64,000 nt of DNA, taken from Alphaproteobacteria bacterium (GTDB lineage: Bacteria; Pseudomonadota; Alphaproteobacteria; MPNO01). This document shows, piece after piece, positions 19,085 through 27,877 of the stretch. A program made the position numbers and the translations under genes. The notes under the pieces are model-generated. The model worked only from the letters and a program-made list of their open reading frames with translations, searched no databases and was not told the DNA's origin. The first letter of the stretch is position 1, and each line of letters starts with the position of its first letter. The stretch spans positions 64,001-128,000 of the forward strand of contig CBDFLJ010000002.1 in NCBI GenBank assembly GCA_965248835.1. The letters run 5' to 3'.

Positions 19085-19324
19085 ATGACATGGCGAATGT
19101 ACCAAGTTAGTAAAACGCACGACGGTAAACGGAAGGTTTCGCTACATTTGATAGCTACTGCGACACGCGACGAGTTGCTCCAGAAAGCAGAGGCCATAAA
19201 GGAATCCCACCTCCCTAAAAAGGAAGGCGTTTTGTACGGATTTTTGGAGACGGCTACCCCGCTAACATACGAAGAGTTGCGTAACCCCAGCCTTCCGAAC
19301 AGGCTAGAAAGATACGATCCGTAG
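19085..19324 (+). CDS. Hypothetical 79-aa low-GC protein
   Basis: Strong RBS AAAGGAGG 7 nt before ATG 19085; no recognisable family. Confidence 0.55.
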   Translation: MTWRMYQVSKTHDGKRKVSLHLIATATRDELLQKAEAIKESHLPKKEGVLYGFLETATPLTYEELRNPSLPNRLERYDP

Positions 19325-19464
19325 ATCCGCGCTACCCGAGCGAATGCCACCAGGACATGGCCGAGGCGGGCGATGCGCCGTCAGCACCAGAGTAAACAGC
19401 GTCTGGAACAACGATCCGGGCATTCTGTCCCCAAGTCGGGGTTGGAGCTCTTTTGATCGGGAGT

Positions 19465-19644
19465 CGGTGAGGTCGCTCGGATAGCGCAGCTTGTCGCGGT
19501 TGTAGCGGGGGCGGTTCTCGGCGGTCCACATCGGGAACCTCGCGCGTGGCATCGACGCCCCGAGCGAATCACAGCCGATCCAGCCACTTCAAGGTGCAAA
19601 CCGCCTTACCGCTTCTCCGACTCAAAAAGTCCCCGGACGGACAC
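19465..19644 (-). pseudogene. Truncated IS5-family (IS1031-like) left end and transposase N-terminus
   Basis: MWTAENRPRYNRDKLRYPSDLTD is a typical IS5/IS1031 transposase start. Similarity stops abruptly at about 19465. Confidence 0.75.
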
Positions 19645-19660
19645 TAAGTATTTCTCTCGC

Positions 19661-19987
19661 CTATGCTTCGATGCTGAGCCTGCCCGGTCGCTCCGAACGG
19701 GATTCTCGAATGACGATGTCGATGTCGCGCCCGAGCGCCGTCAGCAGGCGCAGGAGCCGCTCCATGGAAAACTCTTCAAAGCTGCCCCGGAGCAAGCGGG
19801 AAACATCGGGTTGGGACAGCCCGAGCAGTTTCGCCGCCTCGACCTGCTTGAGGCCGCGCTCGCGGATGATCTTGTCGATCCGGGCGACCAGTTCCGCCTT
19901 GAGCAGGTGTGCTTCGGCGTCCGGGAGTCCCAAGTCCGCGAACACGTTTCCGCTGCTGCGTTCGATCTTCACTTTGTCGGTCTTCAT
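19661..19987 (-). CDS. XRE/HTH antitoxin (HigA-like, SSGNVFADLG type)
   Basis: SSGNVFADLGLPDAE followed by HTH LKQVEAAKLLGLSQPDVSRL. Confidence 0.9.
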   Translation of the reverse strand: MKTDKVKIERSSGNVFADLGLPDAEAHLLKAELVARIDKIIRERGLKQVEAAKLLGLSQPDVSRLLRGSFEEFSMERLLRLLTALGRDIDIVIRESRSERPGRLSIEA

Positions 19988-20039
19988 CGATCTACTCTCC
20001 GTCGTAATTCTCTCTGTAGTGCTGCCGCGCCGCTCTGAG

Positions 20040-21431
20040 GAGCTATGGCCAGAAGTTGGTGACGGGGTGAAGGGTTAAGGCGGCGTATCGTGGGGGTGAT
20101 CGAGCCTCCACCTCTCCAACGAAGGAGTGATACGCCGTGAGCGACAATAACGTTTTGAAGCTTTCCCAGCCATCGACGTTTTCCGATCCGTTGACCGAGG
20201 TGCTGCGCAGCGGCGCCCGGTCCCTGCTGGCGCGGGCGGTCGAGGCGGAGGTTGCCGCGTTCCTTGATGGCCACTCCGAGGCGCGCACCGAAGAAGGCCG
20301 CCGACGGCTGGTGCGCCACGGCCACCTGCCCGAACGCGAGATCATGACCGGCATCGGCCCGGTTGCGGTTCGCGCGCCACGCGTTCGCGACCGCACGGGC
20401 CTGGGCGCCGACCGCATCCGGTTCAGCTCCGCGCTCCTGCCGCCTTATGCGCGGCGCTCGAAGAGCCTCGAAGTCCTGATCCCCGTCCTCTACCTCAAGG
20501 GCATCTCCACGGGCGACTTCGCCGAGGCGCTGGCGGCCTTGCTCGGGCCGGACGCCGGCGGCTTGTCGGCCTCGACCGTGGCGCGGCTCACCGAGGTTTG
20601 GGCGGACGAGCACGCGCACTGGCTGAAGCGGGATCTGTCGGCCAGGCACTATGTCTACTTCTGGGCCGACGGCATCCATGTGCAGGCCCGGCTCGAGGAC
20701 GATGCGCAATGCCTGCTGGTCATCATCGGCGCGACGCCGGAGGGTAAGAAGGAACTCGTAGGCCTCGTCGACGGGGTGCGCGAGAGCGCCCAATCGTGGC
20801 GCGAGCTGCTACTTGACCTCAAACGGCGCGGGCTCGCGGTCGCGCCCGAACTCGCCATCGCCGACGGCGCGCTCGGCTTCTGGAAGGCGATCGAGGAAGT
20901 GTGGCCCCGGACCCGCAGCCAGCGCTGTTGGGTGCACAAGACCGCCAACATGCTCAACAAGCTGCCCAAGAGCCAGCACTCGAAGGCAAAGCGTGCTCTC
21001 CAGGAGATCTGGATGGCCGAGACCAGGAACGACGCAGACAGCGCCTTCGACGCCTTCATCGAGACCTACGCCGTCAAGTACGACAAGGCGGCCGCATGCC
21101 TGGTCAAGGATCGCGAGACGATGCTGGCGTTCTACGACTTTCCCGCCGAGCATTGGAAGCATCTGCGCACCACCAACCCCATCGAAAGCACATTCGCCAC
21201 CGTGCGACACCGTACCGTGCGATCCAAGGGATGCCTCTCCAACAAGACGGCGCTCGCCATGGTCTTCAAACTCGCCCAGGCGGCACAGAACAGTTGGCGC
21301 CGCCTCGACGGACACAACCAGTTGCCCAAGCTGATCGTCGGCGTAAAGTTCATCGACGGAATCGAAGCCGTCAGGCAACAACCTCAAGCCGCCGCCTGAC
21401 CCAAGCCGTCACCAAGATTCGGCTATAGCTC
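20040..21431 (+). mobile_element. IS256 family element, 1392 bp, with 9-bp target-site duplication
   Basis: Inverted repeats GAGCTATGGCCAGAAGTTGGTGACGG / GAGCTATAGCCGAATCTTGGTGACGG. TSD CGCTCTGAG at 20031-20039 and 21432-21440. Confidence 0.95.
20137..21399 (+). CDS. tnp: IS256 family transposase
   Basis: PRVRDR, YLKGISTGD, WADG, IADGALGFW, QRCWVHK and RTTNPIES motifs; ORF is intact. Confidence 0.95.
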   Translation: MSDNNVLKLSQPSTFSDPLTEVLRSGARSLLARAVEAEVAAFLDGHSEARTEEGRRRLVRHGHLPEREIMTGIGPVAVRAPRVRDRTGLGADRIRFSSALLPPYARRSKSLEVLIPVLYLKGISTGDFAEALAALLGPDAGGLSASTVARLTEVWADEHAHWLKRDLSARHYVYFWADGIHVQARLEDDAQCLLVIIGATPEGKKELVGLVDGVRESAQSWRELLLDLKRRGLAVAPELAIADGALGFWKAIEEVWPRTRSQRCWVHKTANMLNKLPKSQHSKAKRALQEIWMAETRNDADSAFDAFIETYAVKYDKAAACLVKDRETMLAFYDFPAEHWKHLRTTNPIESTFATVRHRTVRSKGCLSNKTALAMVFKLAQAAQNSWRRLDGHNQLPKLIVGVKFIDGIEAVRQQPQAAA

Positions 21432-21761
21432 CGCTCTGAGCCTGCGCCTGACCAGATCGATCTCCTGCTTCGGCGTCGCGATGCCCCGCTTGGCCTTCTT
21501 CTGAAAGGCGTGCAGGACATAGACGGCGGCCTTGAACCGGACCGTGTAGACCGCCCGGTAGGTGTCGCCGCCGTAGCGTGAGACGATCTCCAGGATGTTG
21601 GCGCCCAGCCCCCTGAGCCGCTTGGCGTCGCGGTGCTTGAGCCCGACCTGGGCCTGATACAGCGCAAAGCCGACCGTGGCCCGCACGGCGGTCGGGAACA
21701 TCTTCAGGTCCGTTTTGCTCGAGCCGATCCACTCGACAGGCTTCGGAACGTCCGTGGCCAT
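21423..21761 (-). pseudogene. RelE/ParE-family (Gp49/HigB-like) toxin, C-terminus interrupted by IS256; native end at 19992-20030
   Basis: YRAVYTVRF..AVYVLHAFQKK...IATP motif. Removing the IS restores ...RLRAARQHYRENYDGE*, ending 4 bp before the antitoxin ATG. Confidence 0.88.
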
Positions 21762-21766
21762 ACCTG

Positions 21767-21795
21767 GCTATAGGTGTTCCACCATATGTGCACAA
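21767..21795 (-). promoter_or_regulatory. Putative promoter for the TA operon (probably leaderless mRNA)
   Basis: TTGTGC-17 bp-TATAGC ending 5 nt before the toxin ATG; no RBS; a TGTGCACA palindrome overlaps the -35. Confidence 0.5.
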
Positions 21796-21828
21796 GCGCA
21801 ATCTTGACGTAGGGGATCGGCGCGCTCC

Positions 21829-22083
21829 TTCACCCGCAAGAACACCGGCATCCCTGTCACCGTCCAAATCCGCGGCGTCACCACGGGTCGTCCCAATGAG
21901 GTCGTGCTGGCGGAAAAGGTCGTCGCCCCCGACAAGATCGCCTTCGGCGGGGAGACCCGGATCGCTTTCGACGATCCCTTCTACGCCCAGGCGAACATCA
22001 GCTACGCCGTGGTACTGCTCACCAACAGCACCGACTACCGGCTGCGTATCGCCAACCTCGGACAGCGGGGGCAGAGGTGTTGA
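21829..22083 (+). pseudogene. Fragment of a phage virion/tail protein (DUF4815-like)
   Basis: Start-less open frame FTRKNTGIPVTVQIRGVTTGRPNEVVLAEKVV...FDDPFY...SYAVVLLTNSTDYRLRIANLG, not present in the ORF track. Confidence 0.55.
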
Positions 22084-22365
22084 GTGTTTCTCAGGGCGAC
22101 GCCGTGGTGGACCTCGGGTGCGGCACGGGAGGAAACTTTCGGGAACTGGAACGCGTCGCCACCGCCTCCGGGCGCATCGTCGGCGTCGATCTTAGAGACG
22201 CCATGCTGTGCAAAGCCCGGCATCGCTTGGAAAGCGCGGGATGGGGAATGTCGAGCTGGTGGAAACCGACGCGGCAGACTATGCGTTCCCGGCAATATAG
22301 GAGGCGTCCGGTCCGCGTTCGCGATGACCATGGTTGATGACTACGACGGAGTCATCCGGCGGGGG
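22084..22365 (+). pseudogene. Frameshifted SAM-dependent methyltransferase fragment
   Basis: VVDLGCGTGGNF...IVGVDL..AML, then NVELVETDAADYAFP and GVRSAFAMTMVDDYD in shifted frames. Confidence 0.7.
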
Positions 22366-22536
22366 TGGGGGCGGAGGCTCTACGTCCAGGAGGACACCTG
22401 CAGATCCTGGTTTTACGCCCCTGCAGTGGATTTCAGATGGTCTCAACTCTAACTTAAAAGATGGTCTCGTTCGTCGGGGCAGGTCATGCCTTCTTGGGCA
22501 AACGACGGATAATAACAAGAAAACGGGAAATCTTCC

Positions 22537-23754
22537 TTGCAAGCCACCGAAATTTGGCTGCCGATCGTTTCGATAGCCTGTCTGGCGATATTCTTGATGC
22601 CGCGCGTACGCGATAATTCGTTCTGGCGCGCGACAGTGACGCCGCTGGCGTCAATCATCGGGAGCGGGTTTCTCATCGCCGCGCCTCTTCTCGGCGGGAT
22701 CGCTGGAGAATCGAGCCCGTGGATCATGCTTGCGATCGTCGTGTTCTCGTATTGGATCGGATCGGTGATCCGTTTCAACATTCGGTATCTCGAACCTGTA
22801 TTGGCAACGGGCGCGGCTGGGGCGGGACTGCGTTTGACGGAGCGCGCGTCCGAGGTCGCGCTGTTCGGCGCCTATGTCATTTCGGTGGCGTTTTACTTGC
22901 GGCTCATGTCGGCTTTTGTCCTCGACGGGGTTGGGGTCAATGAGCCCATCGCGGCGCGGGTAATGACCACGATCATTCTGATCGGTATCGGCGGCGTAGG
23001 TTGGTGGCGCGGCCTCAGTGCGTTGGAGCGGCTCGAGGAATATTCGGTATCGGTCAAGCTGGCGATTATCGTGGCTTTGCTCGCGGGACTCCTTCACTAC
23101 GACATCGTCAATGGTTTCGGCTCCAATGGGTTGCGACCAGAGTCGCGGCCATTGGTCGACACGATGCGGATGATTGCCGGTCTCTTGCTCGTGACCCAGG
23201 GATTCGAGACGTCGCGCTATCTCTCGGCGGCATATTCCCCATCTCTGCGGATTCGCAGCATGCGACTCGCCCAATGGATCGCTGGGACGATCTATGTGTG
23301 CTTCGCCGTCTTGATCGCATCGCTGCTGCCGCTCCTGCCTTCGGGCCGCCCGGCTGAAACGGCGATCATCGAACTGTCCCGCTATGCCGCTTTGGTTCTG
23401 CCGTTGATGCTTATCGTGGCCGCCGTGATGAGCCAATTCAGCGCCGCCGTTGCGGATACGCTTGGCGCCGGAGGCCTCGTGCGCGAGCAAAGCCGCGGGC
23501 GGTTTTCGCCAGGAACCGGATATCTGATCGCGACGGGTTGCGCGGTCGCGCTGGTATGGAGCGCGAACCTGTTCGAGATCATCGCTTACGCCTCGCGCGC
23601 CTTTGCGGTCTACTACCTTGGCCAGACGGTTCTTGCGCTGCAGTATTCCGTGGCCGAATTGAAAGGACCCCGCAAGTGGCTGGTCGCGATGGGGCTAAGC
23701 GTTATGGCGGCCGCGCTTGTCGGCATCGCGATCTTCGCAATTCCGGTCGGGTGA
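22537..23754 (+). CDS. APC-superfamily-like permease / polytopic membrane protein
   Basis: TPLASIIGSGFL and QGFETSRYL motifs with many TM helices; start codon uncertain. Confidence 0.75.
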   Translation: MQATEIWLPIVSIACLAIFLMPRVRDNSFWRATVTPLASIIGSGFLIAAPLLGGIAGESSPWIMLAIVVFSYWIGSVIRFNIRYLEPVLATGAAGAGLRLTERASEVALFGAYVISVAFYLRLMSAFVLDGVGVNEPIAARVMTTIILIGIGGVGWWRGLSALERLEEYSVSVKLAIIVALLAGLLHYDIVNGFGSNGLRPESRPLVDTMRMIAGLLLVTQGFETSRYLSAAYSPSLRIRSMRLAQWIAGTIYVCFAVLIASLLPLLPSGRPAETAIIELSRYAALVLPLMLIVAAVMSQFSAAVADTLGAGGLVREQSRGRFSPGTGYLIATGCAVALVWSANLFEIIAYASRAFAVYYLGQTVLALQYSVAELKGPRKWLVAMGLSVMAAALVGIAIFAIPVG

Positions 23755-24245
23755 TCAGGCGGGTTCAGCAGTTTGGCTTGTCGCCGGACAGGTCCTTCGA
23801 GCGCGCGCCACACGATCATGGCCAGCAGGCCGAATGGTTCGATCCCTCATCGCCGGTGCCACGCCTCGTCGACCTGGTGCGTGAACCCTATGACGGCCCT
23901 TACGAGCGGCGCGCCGTCAGCGCCGGAGTGAACAGCGTCGGGAACGACGATTCGGACGTTCTGGCCCCCAGGTCGGCGCTGGAGCTCTTGTGACCGGGAA
24001 GGCGGAAATTGGGGTTAATTGCCACAATCCATGATTTCTCGACCGAAGGGGAAATCCGGGGCAAAAGGACTTCCGCCACCAGACCTCGGAGAACCATCCG
24101 GTGATGTTCGTAAGACTCTGCAAATCAACGGACTACGCATGCCCGTGGTAAGGGAGCGTGCATTGCGGGAAGACTGCAAGCCCTCCACCAACCGGTTCAA
24201 TGATTTGGCGCATGCTCCAGACAAGCTGGACCGGACCGGTGTCGC

Positions 24246-25799
24246 TCAGTTGACCTGACGGTCGCGGGTTGCCCAGTAGGGCGCGCGCAGGCTCTTCTTG
24301 TCGATCTTCTGGTTGGGCAGGCGGGGCAGTGCGTCGAGGAAGACGACCGTCTTGGGCTTCTTGTAGCTGGCGATGAAGCCCCGGCAGTGCTCGATCAGCT
24401 CTTCGGCGCTCGGCGGAGCGTCCGGATCGGCGACGACGAACGCGGTCACCGACTCGCCCCAGCGGTCGTCGGGGACGCCGATGACCGCCGCTTCGGCGAC
24501 GCCCGGATGGGCATGGAGCACTTCCTCGACCTCGCGCGGATAGATGTTCTCACCGCCCGACAGGATCATGTCCTTGATGCGGTCGGCGACGAACAGGAAC
24601 CGCTCCTCGTCGAGGTAGCCGACATCGCCGGTATGCATCCAACCGTCCTCCAGCGCTTCGAGCGTCGCCGGGCTGTTGTTCCAGTAACTCTGCATCACGC
24701 TCGGCGAGTAGCTCAGGATCTCGCCCATCTCTGCGACATCGCAGTCGGTCCCGTCGGGCCGGACGACGCGGATATCGTGGCCCGGCGGCGGCTGCCCCGC
24801 CGAGGCCAGCCGGCGCAGGTCGGTCTCCGATCCGTCGAGCCGGTGATGGTGGGGATAAAGGATCGTGCTCGTCCCGGTCTCGGTCATGCCGTAGATCTGC
24901 ATCAGGATGGGTCCGAAGGCTTCGAGCGCCAGCCTGATATGGGCCACCGGCATCGGCCCGGAGGCGTATTCCAACAACCTGAACGCGGAAAGGTCGTAGG
25001 AGGCGAGATCGGACAGCTTGAGCAAATCGTGGACCATCACCGGCGCAAGATGCGCGAGCGTCACGCGGTGGGCCTCGAGCGCCCGCACCACGGCCGCCGG
25101 ATCGTAGTTTCGGTGCAGCACGAAACTGGCGCCGCGAAGCGAGCAGGCGATCTGATTGCACTTGGCGCCGATGTGGTAGAACGGCATTACCAGGAACATC
25201 ACGTCGTCGGCCTGGATACCGCAGTCCATCGCAGTCTGGCTGGCGAAAGCAAGCTGGCCTTTCTGCCCCAGCATCGCCCCCTTGGGCCGCCCGGTGGTCC
25301 CGCTGGTATAGATCAGATAGGCCGTGTCTTCCTCGTGCGCACGGATCGGCGGCGGCTCGGCCGAGCCGCTGGCGAGCACGCTCTCATACGCCTCGGCCCA
25401 GTCGGGCGCGGACCCGATGCAGATGTATCTGTCGGGCTTGGACAATTCGCCGCGCAGGGCGCCGACGATGTCGGCGTATTGCGACTCGAAGATCAGCAGT
25501 TCGGGCTGGTTGTCGTTCAGGATGTAGGCGATCTCCGGTGCGGCGAGCCGGAAGTTCACCGCCGCGGTGATGTAGCCCGCCGTCTCGCCGGCACCGTAGA
25601 CCTCGATATAGTGCGGGCAGTTCTGGGCCAGGATCGCGACCCGGTCCTGGCGGCGGAGGCCGCGGTCATGGAGCGCGTTGGCCAGCCGGTTGATGCGCGC
25701 TGCAAGCCCGGCATGGCTCCACCGGTGCCCGTCATATTCGAACGCCGTGCCGTTCGGAGCCAGGTGTGCGTTCCGCGCATACATGTCCCCGAGGATCAT
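24246..25799 (-). CDS. Long-chain acyl-CoA synthetase (AMP-forming)
   Basis: YTSGTTGRPKG, QIYGMTE, WMHTGD, SGGENIYPREVE. Confidence 0.92.
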   Translation of the reverse strand: MILGDMYARNAHLAPNGTAFEYDGHRWSHAGLAARINRLANALHDRGLRRQDRVAILAQNCPHYIEVYGAGETAGYITAAVNFRLAAPEIAYILNDNQPELLIFESQYADIVGALRGELSKPDRYICIGSAPDWAEAYESVLASGSAEPPPIRAHEEDTAYLIYTSGTTGRPKGAMLGQKGQLAFASQTAMDCGIQADDVMFLVMPFYHIGAKCNQIACSLRGASFVLHRNYDPAAVVRALEAHRVTLAHLAPVMVHDLLKLSDLASYDLSAFRLLEYASGPMPVAHIRLALEAFGPILMQIYGMTETGTSTILYPHHHRLDGSETDLRRLASAGQPPPGHDIRVVRPDGTDCDVAEMGEILSYSPSVMQSYWNNSPATLEALEDGWMHTGDVGYLDEERFLFVADRIKDMILSGGENIYPREVEEVLHAHPGVAEAAVIGVPDDRWGESVTAFVVADPDAPPSAEELIEHCRGFIASYKKPKTVVFLDALPRLPNQKIDKKSLRAPYWATRDRQVN

Positions 25800-25847
25800 C
25801 GCCGCCCGCATCCCAGCCCAATTTTCTCCGATTGCATGGATGCGCCC

Positions 25848-26567
25848 CTATAGGCGGAACAGCGGGCTCATCTGAGCGATCGGCGCCGGACGCATCAGCG
25901 TCGAGACCCGGGAGACGACCGCCGCGCGCGTGGCGGCGTCGAAAGCGGCCATCGCCTTGGCCGCAGCAGCCTCGGCATGACGGGCATCGCGGTCGGCAGG
26001 CGAGGCGAAGACCCGGTATCCGAGCACCCGGTGCAAGCGGCCGGTCATGGCGAACCACGTCGCCATCGTCTGGGCACGCAACGGCGCGGTCGCCTCCAGG
26101 CCGGACTCCTTCATCGCCTCCCAATAGAGCGCCAGGCCGCCCGGGCGCAGGGCAATCTCGGTCTCCTCGACCACCAGGTCCGGCTGGTCGGCGAGGTCCC
26201 AGCGCGCGTTGCCGGACCCCGGCAGCCAGTCGTTCCCCTCGCTCCACAGCGGGTTGAGGGCTGCGATCGGCGCAGGCTGGAAGAAATCGGTCTCCTGTTC
26301 GGCAAGCGCCGCCCGCGCACCGGTGAAATAGGACTCCATCTCCGCGATACCGTAGAGCCCGTGCAGCTTGTCGATCCAATCCGCGTGGTCGTCATAGCGG
26401 TAGAGGTGGACGACCTGATCGGCCGGGCCGGTCGCGGTGATGAAATAGCCGATGAGCCGCGACAGGAAGCCGGCCGAGGGACCATCGAAGCCGCGCGCGT
26501 GCTGGAGCGCCATGAAGTCTGCCAGCTTGCCGGGTTGAGGGGTGTATCTGCGCCGCTCGAAGATCAT
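25848..26567 (-). CDS. Two-domain NIPSNAP family protein
   Basis: MIFERRRYTPQPGK, LIGYF...TGPADQVVHLYRY; second repeat ends LMRPAPIAQMSPL. Confidence 0.8.
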   Translation of the reverse strand: MIFERRRYTPQPGKLADFMALQHARGFDGPSAGFLSRLIGYFITATGPADQVVHLYRYDDHADWIDKLHGLYGIAEMESYFTGARAALAEQETDFFQPAPIAALNPLWSEGNDWLPGSGNARWDLADQPDLVVEETEIALRPGGLALYWEAMKESGLEATAPLRAQTMATWFAMTGRLHRVLGYRVFASPADRDARHAEAAAAKAMAAFDAATRAAVVSRVSTLMRPAPIAQMSPLFRL

Positions 26568-26573
26568 CGCACG

Positions 26574-27734
26574 TCATCCCGGCTGCGGTCGGGTGATATC
26601 GAAGCCCATCAGCACCGAATAGGGTCGAAGCCCGAAATTCATCCAGCGCAGCCCGTCGCGGATCGCCGGCTTGACGTCCTCGAGCGCGCGTACGTGGCGG
26701 TAGTTGATCCGCGCCGCGGTCAGCAACGGTTCTGTCATGTCCCCGGAATCCCCGAAGAACTCCGTCTCTCCGGCATCACCGCGGTATTCGGTGACCAGCA
26801 AGGTCGGGATGCCGAACGTGTAGTGTCCGCGCATGAGCTGGTAGGTCGCGGCGTACAGGCCGAAGTTCTCGATGACGGCGGCCGGGGTCTTGCCGCCGAG
26901 CCAGGCACCGGCGCAGATGCCGATCCCGGTGCCCTCGTTGGCGACGCCGACATAGCGGATCGACTGGTCGTCGATGCAGCGGGCGATGGTGCCGACAAAC
27001 CCGCTGCACGGCAGGCCGATGACGAAATCGACCATGTTCTCGCGCAGGCCGTCGAACAACACCTCGCCGAACGCATCGCCCTCCGCGACGGCGGAGAACG
27101 CGGGGTCGGGCCTGGGCGGCTCGCCGTGCTCGCGCGCGGACGGCTTGAGGATGGGCTTGCCCTCCAGCCGCTCGATATGCCGCACGAAGGTGTACTTGTT
27201 CTCCTTGCCGTCGGTCGGCGAGGTGCCGACAAAGGCCTGCTCGGCGCTGATCTTGGCGACAATCACCGACGGCCCGTCCTCGCACGAGATCGCCTGTTCC
27301 ACCGCGCCGGCGAACGCATCGACGGTGCGCACTTCGTGGACGTTCGCGATGCCCGAGGCGCGCGCAACGCCGGCGATGTCGATCGCGCCGGCCGACAGCG
27401 AGGCGACGGCGGCACCCTGGCCGGTCGAGACGTAGCCTCCGTTGTCGAGGATGACCACGCACAGATTGCTTGGCGCCGATTGTGCGAGCGTGCCGAGCAC
27501 CGAGAGCTCGAACAGGATCCCGCCGTCGCCGTCAAAGGCGAGCACCCGGCGGTGGGGCAGCGCCAGCGCGAGACCCAGCGCATACGGGGTGACCATCCCC
27601 ATGCCCACGAAATAGAGGTTGCCGTCGTGCGGGCGGACCGTGCGCCATTCGGTCGCGGTGTTGGCGAGGTTGGTGATTACCAGCTCGTCGGTGATCTTGC
27701 CTGCGATCGCCTTGAAGCAGTCGTAGCGTTTCAT
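26574..27734 (-). CDS. TPP-dependent decarboxylase of the sulfopyruvate/phosphonopyruvate decarboxylase family, beta-alpha (ComE-ComD) fusion
   Basis: N-half: MKRYD, GMG, DGDGG...ILDNGGY (TPP/Mg-binding). C-half: GLPCS, NEGTGIGICAGAWLGG, YRGD.GE (Pyr domain). Confidence 0.82.
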   Translation of the reverse strand: MKRYDCFKAIAGKITDELVITNLANTATEWRTVRPHDGNLYFVGMGMVTPYALGLALALPHRRVLAFDGDGGILFELSVLGTLAQSAPSNLCVVILDNGGYVSTGQGAAVASLSAGAIDIAGVARASGIANVHEVRTVDAFAGAVEQAISCEDGPSVIVAKISAEQAFVGTSPTDGKENKYTFVRHIERLEGKPILKPSAREHGEPPRPDPAFSAVAEGDAFGEVLFDGLRENMVDFVIGLPCSGFVGTIARCIDDQSIRYVGVANEGTGIGICAGAWLGGKTPAAVIENFGLYAATYQLMRGHYTFGIPTLLVTEYRGDAGETEFFGDSGDMTEPLLTAARINYRHVRALEDVKPAIRDGLRWMNFGLRPYSVLMGFDITRPQPG

Positions 27735-27877
27735 CCTGGCCTCCGAGAGGTCGCCGCCCGTCTCCCATCAAACCCGCCTGGCACGGCGGTGACAAGACGG
27801 CGCCGGACACCGGTTGCCGGCCGCCCCAACAGGGACCATCATCGCGCGCGGCAACAGACCAACGGGAGGCACCGGAA

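Larger units (their letters stand above)
17315..24240. mobile_element. Decayed genomic island downstream of tRNA-Ala
   Basis: Lower GC and atypical codon use, three IS elements or remnants, a TA module, phage and methyltransferase fragments, and IHF-like sites at both ends. No integrase is left, and the right boundary is approximate. Confidence 0.65.

Noticed and set aside
24168-24200. tRNA-Cys remnant (GACTGCAA...CCGGTTC)
   Set aside because: Cannot be folded into a cloverleaf, and the match is too short.
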